A stretch of 64,000 nt of DNA, from assembly GCA_027450005.1 (NCBI GenBank), contig DAIDKO010000018.1:16738-80737 (forward strand). Direction: 5' to 3'. This document shows positions 1 to 10,296 of this stretch, piece by piece (position 1 is the first letter of the stretch; every line of letters starts with the position of its first letter). The DNA comes from Rhodanobacter sp. (GTDB lineage: Bacteria > Pseudomonadota > Gammaproteobacteria > Xanthomonadales > Rhodanobacteraceae). Both the position numbers and the translations under genes were made by a program. The notes under the pieces are model-generated. The model saw nothing but the letters and a program-made list of their open reading frames with translations, did no database searches and was not told where the DNA came from.

Positions 1-47
1 CCCCCTGATTAACAGTCAAGTGCTCTAACCGGCTGAGCTATTCGGGC
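1..47 (-). tRNA. tRNA-Asn (GTT), 5' part; 3' end lies outside the window
   Basis: Reverse complement reads GCCCGAATAGCTCAGCCGGTTAGAGCACTTGACT-GTT-AATCAGGGGG, giving an acceptor stem start, D-arm and anticodon arm with GTT. Confidence 0.95.
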
Positions 48-58
48 GGGAGCTACGT

Positions 59-87
59 AGTTTGTCGGTGACGCGGCAGGCTGTCAA
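59..87 (-). promoter_or_regulatory. Putative sigma70 promoter of tRNA-Asn
   Basis: TTGACA (82-87) - 17 nt - CAAACT (59-64), about 12 nt upstream of the tRNA. Confidence 0.55.
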
Positions 88-107
88 GTCGGCGAACGAC
101 CCTACCG

Positions 108-1508
108 TCAACCCGTGATGACGCGGTAGCAGGGGACGTAGGCCGCGGCGCCCGGAAGCTTCATGCGGTGCTGCTCCACGAAGGCCTGCAGCAGCTTGTC
201 CAGTGCCTGCATGATGTCGCGATCACCGTCGATATCGAACGGACCGTGCTTCTCGATAGCCTCGACACCCTCCTCTTTCACGTTGCCGGCGACAATGCCG
301 GAGAAGGCGCGGCGAAGATCCGCCGCCAGCTCGTGCTGCGGGCGGCCATGGTGCAACTGCAGACTGCGCATCGCCTCGTGGGTGGGACGGAACGGGATCT
401 GAAATTCCAGAGGAATACGCAGCGCCCAGTTGAAGAAGAACGCGTCCTTGGTATCCAGCCGATAGTTGCGCACCTTGTCGACCCCTCGGGCCATCGCCTT
501 CGCCACCGCGGTAGGATCGTCGACGATGATCTGGTAGTGCTGTGCCACCGCTTCGCCCAGCGTGAGACGCAGGAACCGGTCGATCTGCTCGAAGTACGCT
601 GCCGACTGCCGCGGTCCGGTCAGGATCAGCGGGAACGGGGTGCCCATATTGTCCGGATGGAGCAGGATGCCGAGCAGGTAGAGGATCTCCTCGGCCGTCC
701 CCACGCCGCCAGGGAACACGATGATGCCGTGACCGATGCGCACGAAGGCTTCGAGGCGCTTCTCGATGTCCGGCATGATGACCAGATGGTTGACGATGGG
801 GTTCGGCGATTCGGCCGCGATGATGCCCGGCTCGGTAACGCCGATGTAACGGTTGTTGCGGCGTCGCTGCTTGGCGTGCGCAATGGTCGCGCCCTTCATA
901 GGCCCCTTCATCGCGCCCGGGCCGCAGCCGGTGCAGATGTCCAGCCCGCGCAGGCCGAGCTGGTAGCCAACCGCCTTGGTATAGTCGTACTCTTCGCGTG
1001 AGATCGAGTGGCCGCCCCAGCAAACCACCAGGCTGGGATCGATGTTCGGCTTTAGGATGCGCGCATTGCGCAGCACTTCGAACACCGCCTGGGTCAGCGC
1101 ATCGGAGGGATCCAGGTCGCCACCAATCTCCTCCAGTTGGGTGGAGACGTAGACGATGTCGCGTACGACCGCCACCAGCAGTTCGTTGATGCCGCGGATG
1201 ATCTGGCCGTCCACGAAGGCCTGCGCCGGCGCATTAATCAATTCGATCTTGATCCCACGGTCCTGCTGCAGGACCTGGATGTCGAAATCGGGATACTGCT
1301 CGAGGATCGCACGCGGATCGTCGCTGATCGCCCCAGAAGTCAGCACCGCCAGCGCACAGCGGCGCAGCAGGCCGTGCAGCCCGGAACCACTGGCGCCACG
1401 CAGGTGTGCAACCTCGTGACGGGAGAGAATGTCCAGGCCGCCGGCGGGCGAAATGCGCGCAGTCACGGTAGCGTTGCTGCCGGCGACCCCGGCTTCTGCC
1501 TCTTTCAT
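108..1508 (-). CDS. ppnN: Nucleotide 5'-monophosphate nucleosidase PpnN (LOG/YgdH family)
   Basis: VVCWGGHSI, TGCGPGAMKGPMKGA and PGGVGTAEE motifs; start placed at ATG 1508 behind a GGAG RBS. Confidence 0.92.
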   Translation of the reverse strand: MKEAEAGVAGSNATVTARISPAGGLDILSRHEVAHLRGASGSGLHGLLRRCALAVLTSGAISDDPRAILEQYPDFDIQVLQQDRGIKIELINAPAQAFVDGQIIRGINELLVAVVRDIVYVSTQLEEIGGDLDPSDALTQAVFEVLRNARILKPNIDPSLVVCWGGHSISREEYDYTKAVGYQLGLRGLDICTGCGPGAMKGPMKGATIAHAKQRRRNNRYIGVTEPGIIAAESPNPIVNHLVIMPDIEKRLEAFVRIGHGIIVFPGGVGTAEEILYLLGILLHPDNMGTPFPLILTGPRQSAAYFEQIDRFLRLTLGEAVAQHYQIIVDDPTAVAKAMARGVDKVRNYRLDTKDAFFFNWALRIPLEFQIPFRPTHEAMRSLQLHHGRPQHELAADLRRAFSGIVAGNVKEEGVEAIEKHGPFDIDGDRDIMQALDKLLQAFVEQHRMKLPGAAAYVPCYRVITG

Positions 1509-1752
1509 CGATATCTCCGCGCCACTGTCCCGCAGGCACACGCCCGCGCGGATACGGCAACCCGGGAGCTTCCCGCCTAGGCCTCGGCCCAGTCAAGATG
1601 AAACGCAAGAACCATTGCCCGAAACTCCCCAGGTTGATTCGCGACAAAGGGAAACAGGACGCAGCGACCAACCTCCTGACACCCGCGGCGGCTGTAAGCG
1701 ACAGAGATCGAAACGCGTAAATCACTGCGTCCGCGCCATGAATGGCGCCGGC

Positions 1753-1778
1753 AAAAAACCGGCGCCCTGGGGCGCCGG
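1753..1778 (-). terminator. Rho-independent terminator of the Oar-like gene
   Basis: CCGGCGCCC-ca-GGGCGCCGG stem followed by T6 on the minus strand. Confidence 0.8.
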
Positions 1779-1824
1779 TCGCGTTGCTGCATGTTTCGTG
1801 ACAACCCGAAGGAATACCACCCGC

Positions 1825-4800
1825 TCAGAAGGTATACCTCAGGGTCAGCATGGCTGACCAGCGCGAGATCAGGCGAGTCGGGTTGCTGCCTGCGTCCTGC
1901 GTGGAGTACTGCTCCGGCTGATAGTTGCCGTTCTGGTCGGTTAGCAGCTCGTAGATGTACTGCCCGTTGCTGTTGACGCCACCGTAACCGGCAAGGTTGC
2001 GGGTGTTGTAGGTCAGATACTTGTCCTGGCCCCAGTTGTTGTCCAGCAGGTTCAGGAAGTTGTAGACGTCCAGGCGCAGGATACCCTTGTTGCCCTTGAA
2101 CAGACCCGGCATCTCCTGCGAGACACTGACATTCAGCAGGTTCATCCAGGGCGCACGCGTGGCGTTGCGACCAGCGATCTGACCACGATGAGAGTTCAGG
2201 TAGCCATTGCTCGAGACGTAGTCCTGGAACTGCTGCACCAACTGCGCACTGGCCGCACTGCCCTTCGAGTTGGCGAAGAACACCTTCGGGTCGTTTATCG
2301 TCGGGATATAGGCGGGATCTTCATAGCTGATGCCGTCGCCATTCACATCACCGGTGAAGATCCAGGTATAAGGCAAGCCGTCCTGGCCGTTATAGAAAGC
2401 CGAAACAGTGGTGTAGTAGTTGCCGAAGAATTGGTGTCGCCAGTCGACCGAGAGCTTGAGCGAGCGAGGGATGTTGCGGTCGGCAATGCCCGCCGTGTTT
2501 GCATTCGGATTCAAGCGGGCAACGTACTCATAGCCTGAGGACGCCTGCGAGCTGTTGCCCGGGTTGACCTCGGTAGCGTGTGAGTAGGTGAACGCCGCAC
2601 TGAACGACCAGTCGGAAGTGTCCGAGAACGGCTTGCGCAGGGCCAGCGTCAGCGCGTCTGTCTTGCCGCGGTTGGTATTAGTCAGCAGCGTGGAGTACGT
2701 CGAGAAACTCGGGTTCGCTCCGGCATTGGGTTTTTGACCCTTCGCGTGAGGGCTCGCACCTGGAATGGTCCAGTATTCAAGCCGGCCATCGGGCAGCACG
2801 CCAGTCGGCGTGCCTATATTGACAGCCTGATACAGGATCGCGTCGCGTGCACGCACCTCCTGCGCTTCCACCGTGCCGATCATTCCCCACCATGGGAGCT
2901 CCCGGTCTAGACCGAGGCTCATTTTCCAGTAGGTCGGCAGCTTGAAGTTCGGTGAGATGGTATCCACATCGCCGACGATGTTAGCGGCACCTGGCGGGAC
3001 GTTCTGACCCTGGGCACTCGGACTGAACGGCGTGGTGCTTGGATCAAATGATCGATAAGTCGCCACGGTCAGACCATTGTTCTGGTAGGGATTGGTCATC
3101 CATACGGTGGGCGGCGAGGTCTGGAACAGACCGACACCACCGCGCAGCTGCATCATGCGCTTCGTGTTGAAGGAATAGTTGAACGACAAACGCGGCTCAA
3201 CCACTTTGTGGCTCGGCGTCAACGCAGTGTTATTCGGATACCCGAAGGCCTGCTGGAATGCAGCATTGTAAAAGGGTGCGCGGTTCGAGTCTGGAATGTC
3301 GACTCGCAAGCCGTACTGCAGGGACAGGTTGTTGTTTACCTGCCAAGTGTCTTGGATGAACGGGCTATACTGCGTGTAAGTCCATTTTGCAGCTACGTCG
3401 TTGATAGTGTAACCCGGTGCAGGCTGGAAGAGGTTGTAGCTGTAGTAGTTGCCGGTAGCAAAGTCGTTAATAGTATTGAAAGCGTAGGCGCCAAATTCGG
3501 TGCGTCCGAAGAGGTTATAAATTTTCGTGCTTTCGGCGTAGACACCCCCCTTGATGGTGTGGTCGCCCGCGTAGTAAGTGCCAGCAAAGAACACGTTAAG
3601 GTTCTTGGTGTCGATGCGGTTGTAGTCGCGATACTGCTCCTCGCCGAGGTACACCGTCGGCGAACCGTAGCCCGCTACCGACACTGCGATCTGAGGTGCC
3701 TGCGTAGGAACGTTGGTGAGCTGCGAGAAATGCTGGTAGCCAATTTTAGTCTCGGTCGAGAAATTGTCGTTCCAGTCATCATATAGTTCCAACGACAGAT
3801 TGCTGTTTTTGATCGCTTGCACGTAGCGATAGTCAGCGACGCCTACCGAAGTCGATGAGTTGCCGAGCAGCACCGGATGATTCTCGGTGGTTTGGCTGTA
3901 GGTCAGCGTGGCGCGATGATTATCGGAGATGTTCCAGTCCAACTTGGCCAAATAGCGCTTGTCTTCCAGCGTCACACCTGAGCTGCCACCGAAACCGCCC
4001 GTCTGAATGCCGTAGCCGTTGGCGATGTTCAGGACACGCTGCAAGTCTCCAGGAGAAAGCTTATTGGACGTGGATGGGCCATTACCAAGGCTGCTGTCGA
4101 GGCCATTCACCGAATCAGCGCCGATATCGGTGACATCCTGCTTTTCGGCAGCCACAAAGAAGAAAAGCTTGTCCTTGACGATCGGGCCGCCAAGTGTGAA
4201 ACCGCCGGTCCAGTTCTTCTTGAAGCCCTTGTAGGAATAGCCTGGATCGCTCGAGCTGAGCCATCCCGCCTTGCCGACCATCGATGAGGCGTTCTGGAAT
4301 ACGTAGTACACCGAACCATGAAACTGATTCGTACCTGACTTAGTGACCGCGTTGATGTCTGCGCCAACGGTATCGGAGGTGACATCGTAATTCGCCGTCG
4401 ACACGTTGTAGCCGGCGATCGTATCCATCGAAATCGGCGAATTCTGATACGGGAGGCCGTTAGCGTTCAGACCAAACGGATCGCCAACTGACAGGCCATC
4501 GACATTGATGCTGTTGTAGCGGTTGGGCAAACCCATCGCCGAGATCGAGCCGTCACCTTGATTGGTCACGTTGATGCGCGGATCCAGCCGGGCGATATCA
4601 TCGATCGAGCGGTTGGCTTGCGGCGTCGCCTCGATCTGCGCCTGCGAGATGTACGTCGACATGCCCTTATTGTCGGGCGTGAAGTACTGCGCCAGCGCGT
4701 TGGCGGAGACCGTCACCGCCGACAGGTTTTTCGCATTGGCCGCGGCGGCCTCCGGCGTCATCTGCAGGTTAATGTCGCCCTTCTGGCCTAGCTGCAAGTA

Positions 4801-5097
4801 GACATCGTCACGCTCGGCCTTCTGCATGCCCGACTTTGAAACGATCACCTCGAACGGGCCACCCACACGCAGACCCTGTGCGCTGTAGTGGCCCTGTACA
4901 TCAGTCGTCACGATCTTGGTTGTGCCGGACGGCACGTGGACGATCTGAACCGTGGCGCCTGCCACCGGCTGACCCTGTGCGTCCAACACCGTGCCGCCAA
5001 GCGAGGAGGAGGTCACGTTCTGCGCCAGCGCCGGCGCGGCGGCCAACAGCGAGGCAATCGCGATCGGCAGTACTTTGGCTCGGATTTGATTCGTCAT
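1825..5097 (-). CDS. Oar-like TonB-dependent outer membrane receptor with N-terminal carboxypeptidase-regulatory-like domain
   Basis: Signal peptide, GLRVGGPF, INAVTKSGTNQFHGS, 1090 aa, C-terminal LRYTF barrel signal. Confidence 0.9.
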   Translation of the reverse strand: MTNQIRAKVLPIAIASLLAAAPALAQNVTSSSLGGTVLDAQGQPVAGATVQIVHVPSGTTKIVTTDVQGHYSAQGLRVGGPFEVIVSKSGMQKAERDDVYLQLGQKGDINLQMTPEAAAANAKNLSAVTVSANALAQYFTPDNKGMSTYISQAQIEATPQANRSIDDIARLDPRINVTNQGDGSISAMGLPNRYNSINVDGLSVGDPFGLNANGLPYQNSPISMDTIAGYNVSTANYDVTSDTVGADINAVTKSGTNQFHGSVYYVFQNASSMVGKAGWLSSSDPGYSYKGFKKNWTGGFTLGGPIVKDKLFFFVAAEKQDVTDIGADSVNGLDSSLGNGPSTSNKLSPGDLQRVLNIANGYGIQTGGFGGSSGVTLEDKRYLAKLDWNISDNHRATLTYSQTTENHPVLLGNSSTSVGVADYRYVQAIKNSNLSLELYDDWNDNFSTETKIGYQHFSQLTNVPTQAPQIAVSVAGYGSPTVYLGEEQYRDYNRIDTKNLNVFFAGTYYAGDHTIKGGVYAESTKIYNLFGRTEFGAYAFNTINDFATGNYYSYNLFQPAPGYTINDVAAKWTYTQYSPFIQDTWQVNNNLSLQYGLRVDIPDSNRAPFYNAAFQQAFGYPNNTALTPSHKVVEPRLSFNYSFNTKRMMQLRGGVGLFQTSPPTVWMTNPYQNNGLTVATYRSFDPSTTPFSPSAQGQNVPPGAANIVGDVDTISPNFKLPTYWKMSLGLDRELPWWGMIGTVEAQEVRARDAILYQAVNIGTPTGVLPDGRLEYWTIPGASPHAKGQKPNAGANPSFSTYSTLLTNTNRGKTDALTLALRKPFSDTSDWSFSAAFTYSHATEVNPGNSSQASSGYEYVARLNPNANTAGIADRNIPRSLKLSVDWRHQFFGNYYTTVSAFYNGQDGLPYTWIFTGDVNGDGISYEDPAYIPTINDPKVFFANSKGSAASAQLVQQFQDYVSSNGYLNSHRGQIAGRNATRAPWMNLLNVSVSQEMPGLFKGNKGILRLDVYNFLNLLDNNWGQDKYLTYNTRNLAGYGGVNSNGQYIYELLTDQNGNYQPEQYSTQDAGSNPTRLISRWSAMLTLRYTF

Positions 5098-5441
5098 TTC
5101 GTTTGATCCTGGATTCGCAACGTTTGGAAAACCCCGACACCACCGCTCAGCCCCGCGCTCACGCGGTATCAGCTTGCTGACAGGTCATCCCCCTGATTTG
5201 ACCCGGCACCACAGCGGTCTCACCAAGATTTTACGACGATTCTGTGACAGATTTTTAACTTTGACACGAAAGATTTAGGCGTCGCGCCTCGTTGTGTTCA
5301 AGGGGAATAACGCCGAGCAGTACCACCAACCGGCCGCTGCCGCGCCCTTCGTTCACCAACTATCTGAGGACATGGCATGCTGTAGGGCCGCCTCATCCCA
5401 CGCCCCCTGCCGGGGCACTGTCGCTCGATCTTCGAACCGGC

Positions 5442-6059
5442 TCAGATCCCCATGCCGTGCAGGTAGGACGCCAGTCCGCCCAGGAACATCTGCACCGACA
5501 GGGCGATCAGCAGCATGCCCATCACGCGCTCCAGTGCCGTCAGTACGCTCTCGCCCAGCCAGCGGAACAGGTAGGTAGAGAACAGCAGGATCAGCGCCGT
5601 AGCCGACCAGGCGCCGGTCAGCGCGATGGCCCATTCGGCCGTGCGCCCAGGCTGGGTGTTGGCGAGTAGCAGCAGCGCCGCCATCGCGGAGGGGCCCGCC
5701 ACGCCTGGAATCGCCATCGGCACGATGAAGGGCTCTCCTTCCCCGGACTTGCCGAAGATACCGCCGCCGTCGGCTGGCGGGAACACCATGCGAATGCCGA
5801 TCAGGAACAGCACGATGCCGCCGGCAATGCTGATCGAGTCCGGCTTGAGCTGCAGCAAGCTCAACAGGTGCTGGCCGCCGACCAGGAAGCCCAGCAGCAC
5901 GCCCAGCGCGATCAGCAGCTCGCGCACCATCACGAGGCGGCGGCGCTTGGGTGGCACATACTTGAGCAGGCTGAGGAACAGCGGGATGTTGCCCAGCGGA
6001 TCCATGATCAGGAACAGCATGATCCCCGCCGACAAGGTGGTCATCTGCGATTCCATCAC
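5442..6059 (-). CDS. MarC/YhgN family membrane protein
   Basis: IMDPLGNIPLF, IAGGIVLF and VPMAIPGVAGP motifs. Confidence 0.9.
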   Translation of the reverse strand: MMESQMTTLSAGIMLFLIMDPLGNIPLFLSLLKYVPPKRRRLVMVRELLIALGVLLGFLVGGQHLLSLLQLKPDSISIAGGIVLFLIGIRMVFPPADGGGIFGKSGEGEPFIVPMAIPGVAGPSAMAALLLLANTQPGRTAEWAIALTGAWSATALILLFSTYLFRWLGESVLTALERVMGMLLIALSVQMFLGGLASYLHGMGI

Positions 6060-6826
6060 CCATCGCCCCGCAGATCGAGCACATGCCCGCGTGCCGGTGA
6101 AGCCTGCACGGACAGCAGCCAGATGAGCGCGTCCGCCGTGGCCTCCGGCGGGGGATGCCGCATGGTGTCCTCGCCGAAGTAGGCCTGCCGGCGCAGCTTG
6201 CTGCGCATTGGCGCGGGCAGCAGCGCGTGCACGCGCAGCGGGGTTTCGTCGGTCTCCTCGTGCAGGATCGTCGCCAAGCGCTCCAGCGCCGCCTTCGATG
6301 CGCCGTAGGCGCCCCAGTGCGCACGCGCGAGCCGCTGAGGATCATCCAGCACGAACACCACCGCGCTGTCGGCCGCTTCCTGCAGCAAGGGCATGCAGGC
6401 CTGGGTGAGCGCGAACGGGGCGTTGACGTTGACGTGCATCGTGCGCAGCCAGTCGTCCGGCTTGTGCATGGAAATCGGCGTAAGACCGGCAAAGCTGGCG
6501 GCGCAGTGCGCAATGCCGTCCAGCCGGCCGAAATCCTGGCGCAGTCCGTCGGCCAGCGCGGCGTAGTCCCGCGGGGTGGCTGTTTCCATGTCCAGCGGGT
6601 GGATGACCGGCTCCGCCAGGCCCTCCGCCAGCATTTCATCGTAAAGCTGCTCCAACTGGCGCTGGCGCTTGCCGCTGACCACTACGGTGGCGCCGGCACG
6701 CGCAGCCGCGCGCGACACCGCCCCCCCAAGGCCGCCATAGGCTCCGGTGACCAGTACCACGCGACCGGCCAAGGCATCGCTCTCGGGCACCCAACCCGCG
6801 GGAAGTCGTAACGTCAATGAGCTCAT
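6056..6826 (-). CDS. YciK-like short-chain dehydrogenase/reductase
   Basis: TGAYGGLG Rossmann motif and YGASK catalytic motif. Confidence 0.88.
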   Translation of the reverse strand: MSSLTLRLPAGWVPESDALAGRVVLVTGAYGGLGGAVSRAAARAGATVVVSGKRQRQLEQLYDEMLAEGLAEPVIHPLDMETATPRDYAALADGLRQDFGRLDGIAHCAASFAGLTPISMHKPDDWLRTMHVNVNAPFALTQACMPLLQEAADSAVVFVLDDPQRLARAHWGAYGASKAALERLATILHEETDETPLRVHALLPAPMRSKLRRQAYFGEDTMRHPPPEATADALIWLLSVQASPARGHVLDLRGDG

Positions 6827-7149
6827 CCGCGCACCGCCCCGCTAACGTCGCCGGCCATGCGTTCCATTTCGCCGGAGGCTTCGAGATCGACGACGATGTC
6901 GCAACCGCCGATCAGCTCGCCTTCGATGAACAATTGCGGAAAAGTCGGCCAGTTCGCGTAGTGCGGCAGCGCGGCGCGAATTTCCGGGTCGGCCAGCACG
7001 TTCACCGCGTGGAACGGCGCGCCGGCCCGCTGCAGCGCCTGCGCGGCACGGCTGGAAAATTCGCACATCGGGAACTCCGGCGTGCCCTTCATGAAGAGCA
7101 CGATGGGGTGCACAGCGAGCAGCGACTTGATTCGCTCGTTTACGTCCAT
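6823..7149 (-). CDS. grxD: Monothiol glutaredoxin Grx4
   Basis: LFMKGTP..PMCEFS, WPTFPQL and GGCDI motifs (active site CEFS rather than the usual CGFS). Confidence 0.93.
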   Translation of the reverse strand: MDVNERIKSLLAVHPIVLFMKGTPEFPMCEFSSRAAQALQRAGAPFHAVNVLADPEIRAALPHYANWPTFPQLFIEGELIGGCDIVVDLEASGEMERMAGDVSGAVRG

Positions 7150-7259
7150 AGGTTGATTGTTCGTCTTTACAATCCGGGCAGGCCTGTATTGTATCAGTCG
7201 TCCATCGACGGCCGCCGGCCGTCCCGATCCCTTCCCCAGCCAACGTCAAGGAGCCACTC

Positions 7260-7841
7260 ATGGCGATCGAACTTCCCACCCTGCCCTACGAAAAGAACGC
7301 GCTCGAGCCGCACATCTCCGCCGAGACGCTGGAGTTCCACCACGGCAAGCACCACCAAGCCTACGTCACCAACCTCAACAACCTGATCAAGGGCACCGAA
7401 TTCGAGGGCGCCGCGCTGGAAGACATCATCCGGAAGTCCTCCGGCGGGGTGTTCAACAACGCCGCACAGATCTGGAACCACACGTTCTACTGGCACTCGA
7501 TGCGTAAACCGCAGGAAAACAATGCCCCCACCGGGAAGCTGGCCGACGCGATCAACAAGGCGTTTGGCTCGTTCGACAAGTTCAAGGAGGAATTCGCCAA
7601 GTCCGCAGCCGGCAATTTCGGCTCGGGCTGGACTTGGTTGGTGCAACGCCCGGACGGCGCACTGGGCATCGTCAACACCCAAAACGCCGCCACACCGATC
7701 ACTGGCAGCGACAAGCCGCTGCTCACCGTGGATGTGTGGGAACACGCCTACTACATCGACTATCGCAACGCCCGCCCCAAGTACCTGGAGGCGTTCTGGA
7801 GCCTGGCGAACTGGGAATTCGCGGCAAAGAACCTCGCCTGA
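7260..7841 (+). CDS. sodB: Fe superoxide dismutase
   Basis: [20 protein letters not shown] (Fe-type signature) and DVWEHAYY. Confidence 0.95.
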   Translation: MAIELPTLPYEKNALEPHISAETLEFHHGKHHQAYVTNLNNLIKGTEFEGAALEDIIRKSSGGVFNNAAQIWNHTFYWHSMRKPQENNAPTGKLADAINKAFGSFDKFKEEFAKSAAGNFGSGWTWLVQRPDGALGIVNTQNAATPITGSDKPLLTVDVWEHAYYIDYRNARPKYLEAFWSLANWEFAAKNLA

Positions 7842-7861
7842 TCCGACCCTCGCACCAATCG

Positions 7862-7893
7862 GAGGCGGAGCCATCGCGGCTCCGCCTTTTTTT
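7862..7893 (+). terminator. Rho-independent terminator after sodB
   Basis: AGGCGGAGCC-atcgc-GGCTCCGCCT followed by a T run. Confidence 0.88.
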
Positions 7894-7978
7894 GCACCCG
7901 TAGCGCCGGCCCGAACTCGCGGGGATCGGCCACCATCGCTACAATGCGGCGGTTTGCCCCACACAATCCGGAGATCCC

Positions 7979-8698
7979 ATGAGCGCCCAGCCCAAGTTCC
8001 GCCGCATCCTGCTCAAGCTCTCCGGCGAGGCGCTAATGGGCGAAGCCGACTACGGCATCGATCCAAAGGTGATCGGGCGTCTGGCCGACGAGATCATTGG
8101 GGTGGTCAAGGCCGGCGTGGAAATCGGCGTGGTAATCGGCGGCGGCAACATCTTCCGCGGCGAGGGCCTGGCGGCGGCGGGCATGGACCGGGTCACCGGC
8201 GACCACATGGGCATGCTGGCCACCGTGATGAACGCGCTGGCGATGGCCGACGCGATCGAGAAGCGCGGCGGCTACGCCCGCGTGATGAGCGCGATCCAGA
8301 TCCACGATGTGGCCGAGGATTTCATCCGCCGCCGGGCGATCCGCCACATCGAGAAGGGGCGCATCGCCCTGTTCGCCGCCGGCACCGGCAACCCGTTCTT
8401 CACCACCGACTCGGCCGCCGCTCTGCGCGCGGTGGAGATCGGCGCCAGCCTGCTGCTCAAGGCCACCAAGGTGGATGGCGTTTACACCGCCGACCCGGCC
8501 AAGCACGCCGACGCCACCCGCTACGACCAGCTCAGCTACGACGAGGTGATCCAGCGCAACCTGCAGGTGATGGACACCGCTGCCATTGCGCTGTGCCGTG
8601 ACCACCGCATGCCGCTGCGCATCTACGACATGACCGTGCCGGGCAACCTCATGCGCATCATGCACGGCGAAGCGGTGGGAACTCTGGTCCACAACTGA
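7979..8698 (+). CDS. pyrH: UMP kinase
   Basis: [19 protein letters not shown] and [10 protein letters not shown]; TACAAT -10-like box at 7940-7945. Confidence 0.97.
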   Translation: MSAQPKFRRILLKLSGEALMGEADYGIDPKVIGRLADEIIGVVKAGVEIGVVIGGGNIFRGEGLAAAGMDRVTGDHMGMLATVMNALAMADAIEKRGGYARVMSAIQIHDVAEDFIRRRAIRHIEKGRIALFAAGTGNPFFTTDSAAALRAVEIGASLLLKATKVDGVYTADPAKHADATRYDQLSYDEVIQRNLQVMDTAAIALCRDHRMPLRIYDMTVPGNLMRIMHGEAVGTLVHN

Positions 8699-8713
8699 GC
8701 TCTCGGCCCGCGC

Positions 8714-8722
8714 TGCTATACT
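8714..8722 (+). promoter_or_regulatory. Extended -10 promoter candidate for frr
   Basis: TGcTATACT 33 nt upstream of the frr ATG. Confidence 0.5.
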
Positions 8723-8755
8723 CGCCGATTCACCGGATTCAGTGGAAAACCGCTC

Positions 8756-9313
8756 ATGATCAATGACATCAAGACCGATGCCCAGACCCGCATGGGCAAG
8801 AGCATCGACGCGCTCAAGCACGAACTCACCCGCCTGCGCACCGGCCGCGCCAGCACCGCGCTGGTGGACGGCATCCGCGTGCCGGCCTACGGCTCCGAGA
8901 TGCCGCTGAACCAGGTGGCCACGGTCGCGCTCGGCGACGCTCGCTCCATCATCATTACACCGTTCGACAAGAGCCTGGTCGGCCCCGTCGAGAAGGCCAT
9001 CCTGAGTTCGGACATCGGCATCACGCCGACCACCGCCGGCACCGTGATCCGGCTGAACCTTCCGCCCCTCACTGAGGAGCGCCGCCGCGAGCTGGCCAAG
9101 CACGTGTCGCACGAGGGCGAGAACGCCAAGATCGCCATCCGCAATGTGCGCCGTGACGCCATGCAGAAGGTGAAGGATCTGCTCAAGGATAAGCAGATCA
9201 GCGAGGACGAGGAGCGCCGCGCCGACGATGAGATCCAGAAGCTCACCGACCGCTTCGTGAAGGACGTGGATGGCGTGGTGAAGGCCAAGGAAGACGAGTT
9301 GATGTCCATGTGA
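8756..9313 (+). CDS. frr: Ribosome recycling factor
   Basis: [18 protein letters not shown] and IRNVRRDA. Confidence 0.97.
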   Translation: MINDIKTDAQTRMGKSIDALKHELTRLRTGRASTALVDGIRVPAYGSEMPLNQVATVALGDARSIIITPFDKSLVGPVEKAILSSDIGITPTTAGTVIRLNLPPLTEERRRELAKHVSHEGENAKIAIRNVRRDAMQKVKDLLKDKQISEDEERRADDEIQKLTDRFVKDVDGVVKAKEDELMSM

Positions 9314-9390
9314 CCGGCGCCTCGGCGAAGCCCGGGCGCGCGAGCCACCTCGACGCCTGCGGCAACGGACCCGAACGGCACCGCGCGTTC

Positions 9391-9533
9391 CCCTCTCCCC
9401 GCCGGGGAGAGGGCAAAGGAAGGAGCCCATCTTGCGACAACCTTGCGACCATTCGCGCTCCGACCGGCGGCAAACCGGGCACCCGCCCCCCATCCGCCCC
9501 CTCGGGACGCCCTCTCCCCGACCGGTGCGGGGA
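9391..9533. repeat. Pair of REP-like palindromes
   Basis: CCCTCTCCCC-gcc-GGGGAGAGGG (9391-9413) and a degenerate partner CCCCCATCCGCCCCCTCGGGACGCCCTCTCCCCG...CGGGGA (~9486-9533). Confidence 0.7.
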
Positions 9534-9550
9534 TCACTCCCCTTGGCGCC

Positions 9551-10294
9551 ATGACATCCACACCCTCCATCCCCCGCCACATCGCCATCGTGATGGACGG
9601 CAACGGTCGCTGGGCACGGCTGCGCCATCGCCCGCGCAGCTTCGGCCACAATGCCGGCCGCAAGGCGGTGCGCGAGGTGGTGGAAGGCTGCCTGCGCGAG
9701 GGGGTCGAGGCACTCACCCTGTTCGCCTTCTCCAGCGAGAACTGGCAACGCCCCGAGGAGGAAGTCGGTGCCCTGATGGCGCTGTTCGTGCGCGCGCTGG
9801 ACAAGGAGACCGACGAACTGCACGACCAGGGCGTGCGGCTGCGCTTCGTCGGCGATCTCGCCGCGTTCGACGCGCCGCTACGCGAACGCATGCTGGCCGC
9901 AATGGCGCGCACGGCGGGCAACCGCAGGCTTAACCTCAACATCGCGGTGAACTACGGCGGACGCTGGGACATCGTGCAAGCCGCCCGCGCCGCCGCCGCC
10001 GCGGTGCTGCGTGACGAACTGCGCGCCGAAGCCATCGACGAGGCCGAACTGGGCAGGCGCATGTGCCTGGGTGAACTACCACCGCTGGACCTTTTTATCC
10101 GCACCGGAGGCGAATGCCGGCTCAGCAACTTCCTGCTGTGGCAGGCGGCCTATGCCGAACTGCATTTCACCGATACCCTGTGGCCGGACTTCGACCAAGC
10201 CTGCTTGCGCCGGGCCATCGAAGACTTCGGCCGGCGCGAGCGTCGCTACGGCCGTACCGGCGACCAGGTCGCCGCCACGGGGAGTCGGGGATAA
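9551..10294 (+). CDS. uppS: Undecaprenyl diphosphate synthase
   Basis: HIAIVMDGNGRWA, FSSENWQRP and RTGGECRLSNFLLWQ; start at ATG 9551. Confidence 0.96.
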   Translation: MTSTPSIPRHIAIVMDGNGRWARLRHRPRSFGHNAGRKAVREVVEGCLREGVEALTLFAFSSENWQRPEEEVGALMALFVRALDKETDELHDQGVRLRFVGDLAAFDAPLRERMLAAMARTAGNRRLNLNIAVNYGGRWDIVQAARAAAAAVLRDELRAEAIDEAELGRRMCLGELPPLDLFIRTGGECRLSNFLLWQAAYAELHFTDTLWPDFDQACLRRAIEDFGRRERRYGRTGDQVAATGSRG

Positions 10295-10296
10295 GC

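Noticed and set aside
1541-1745. Possible ncRNA or riboswitch upstream of ppnN
   Set aside because: No recognisable family motif or convincing stem set; probably promoter/UTR
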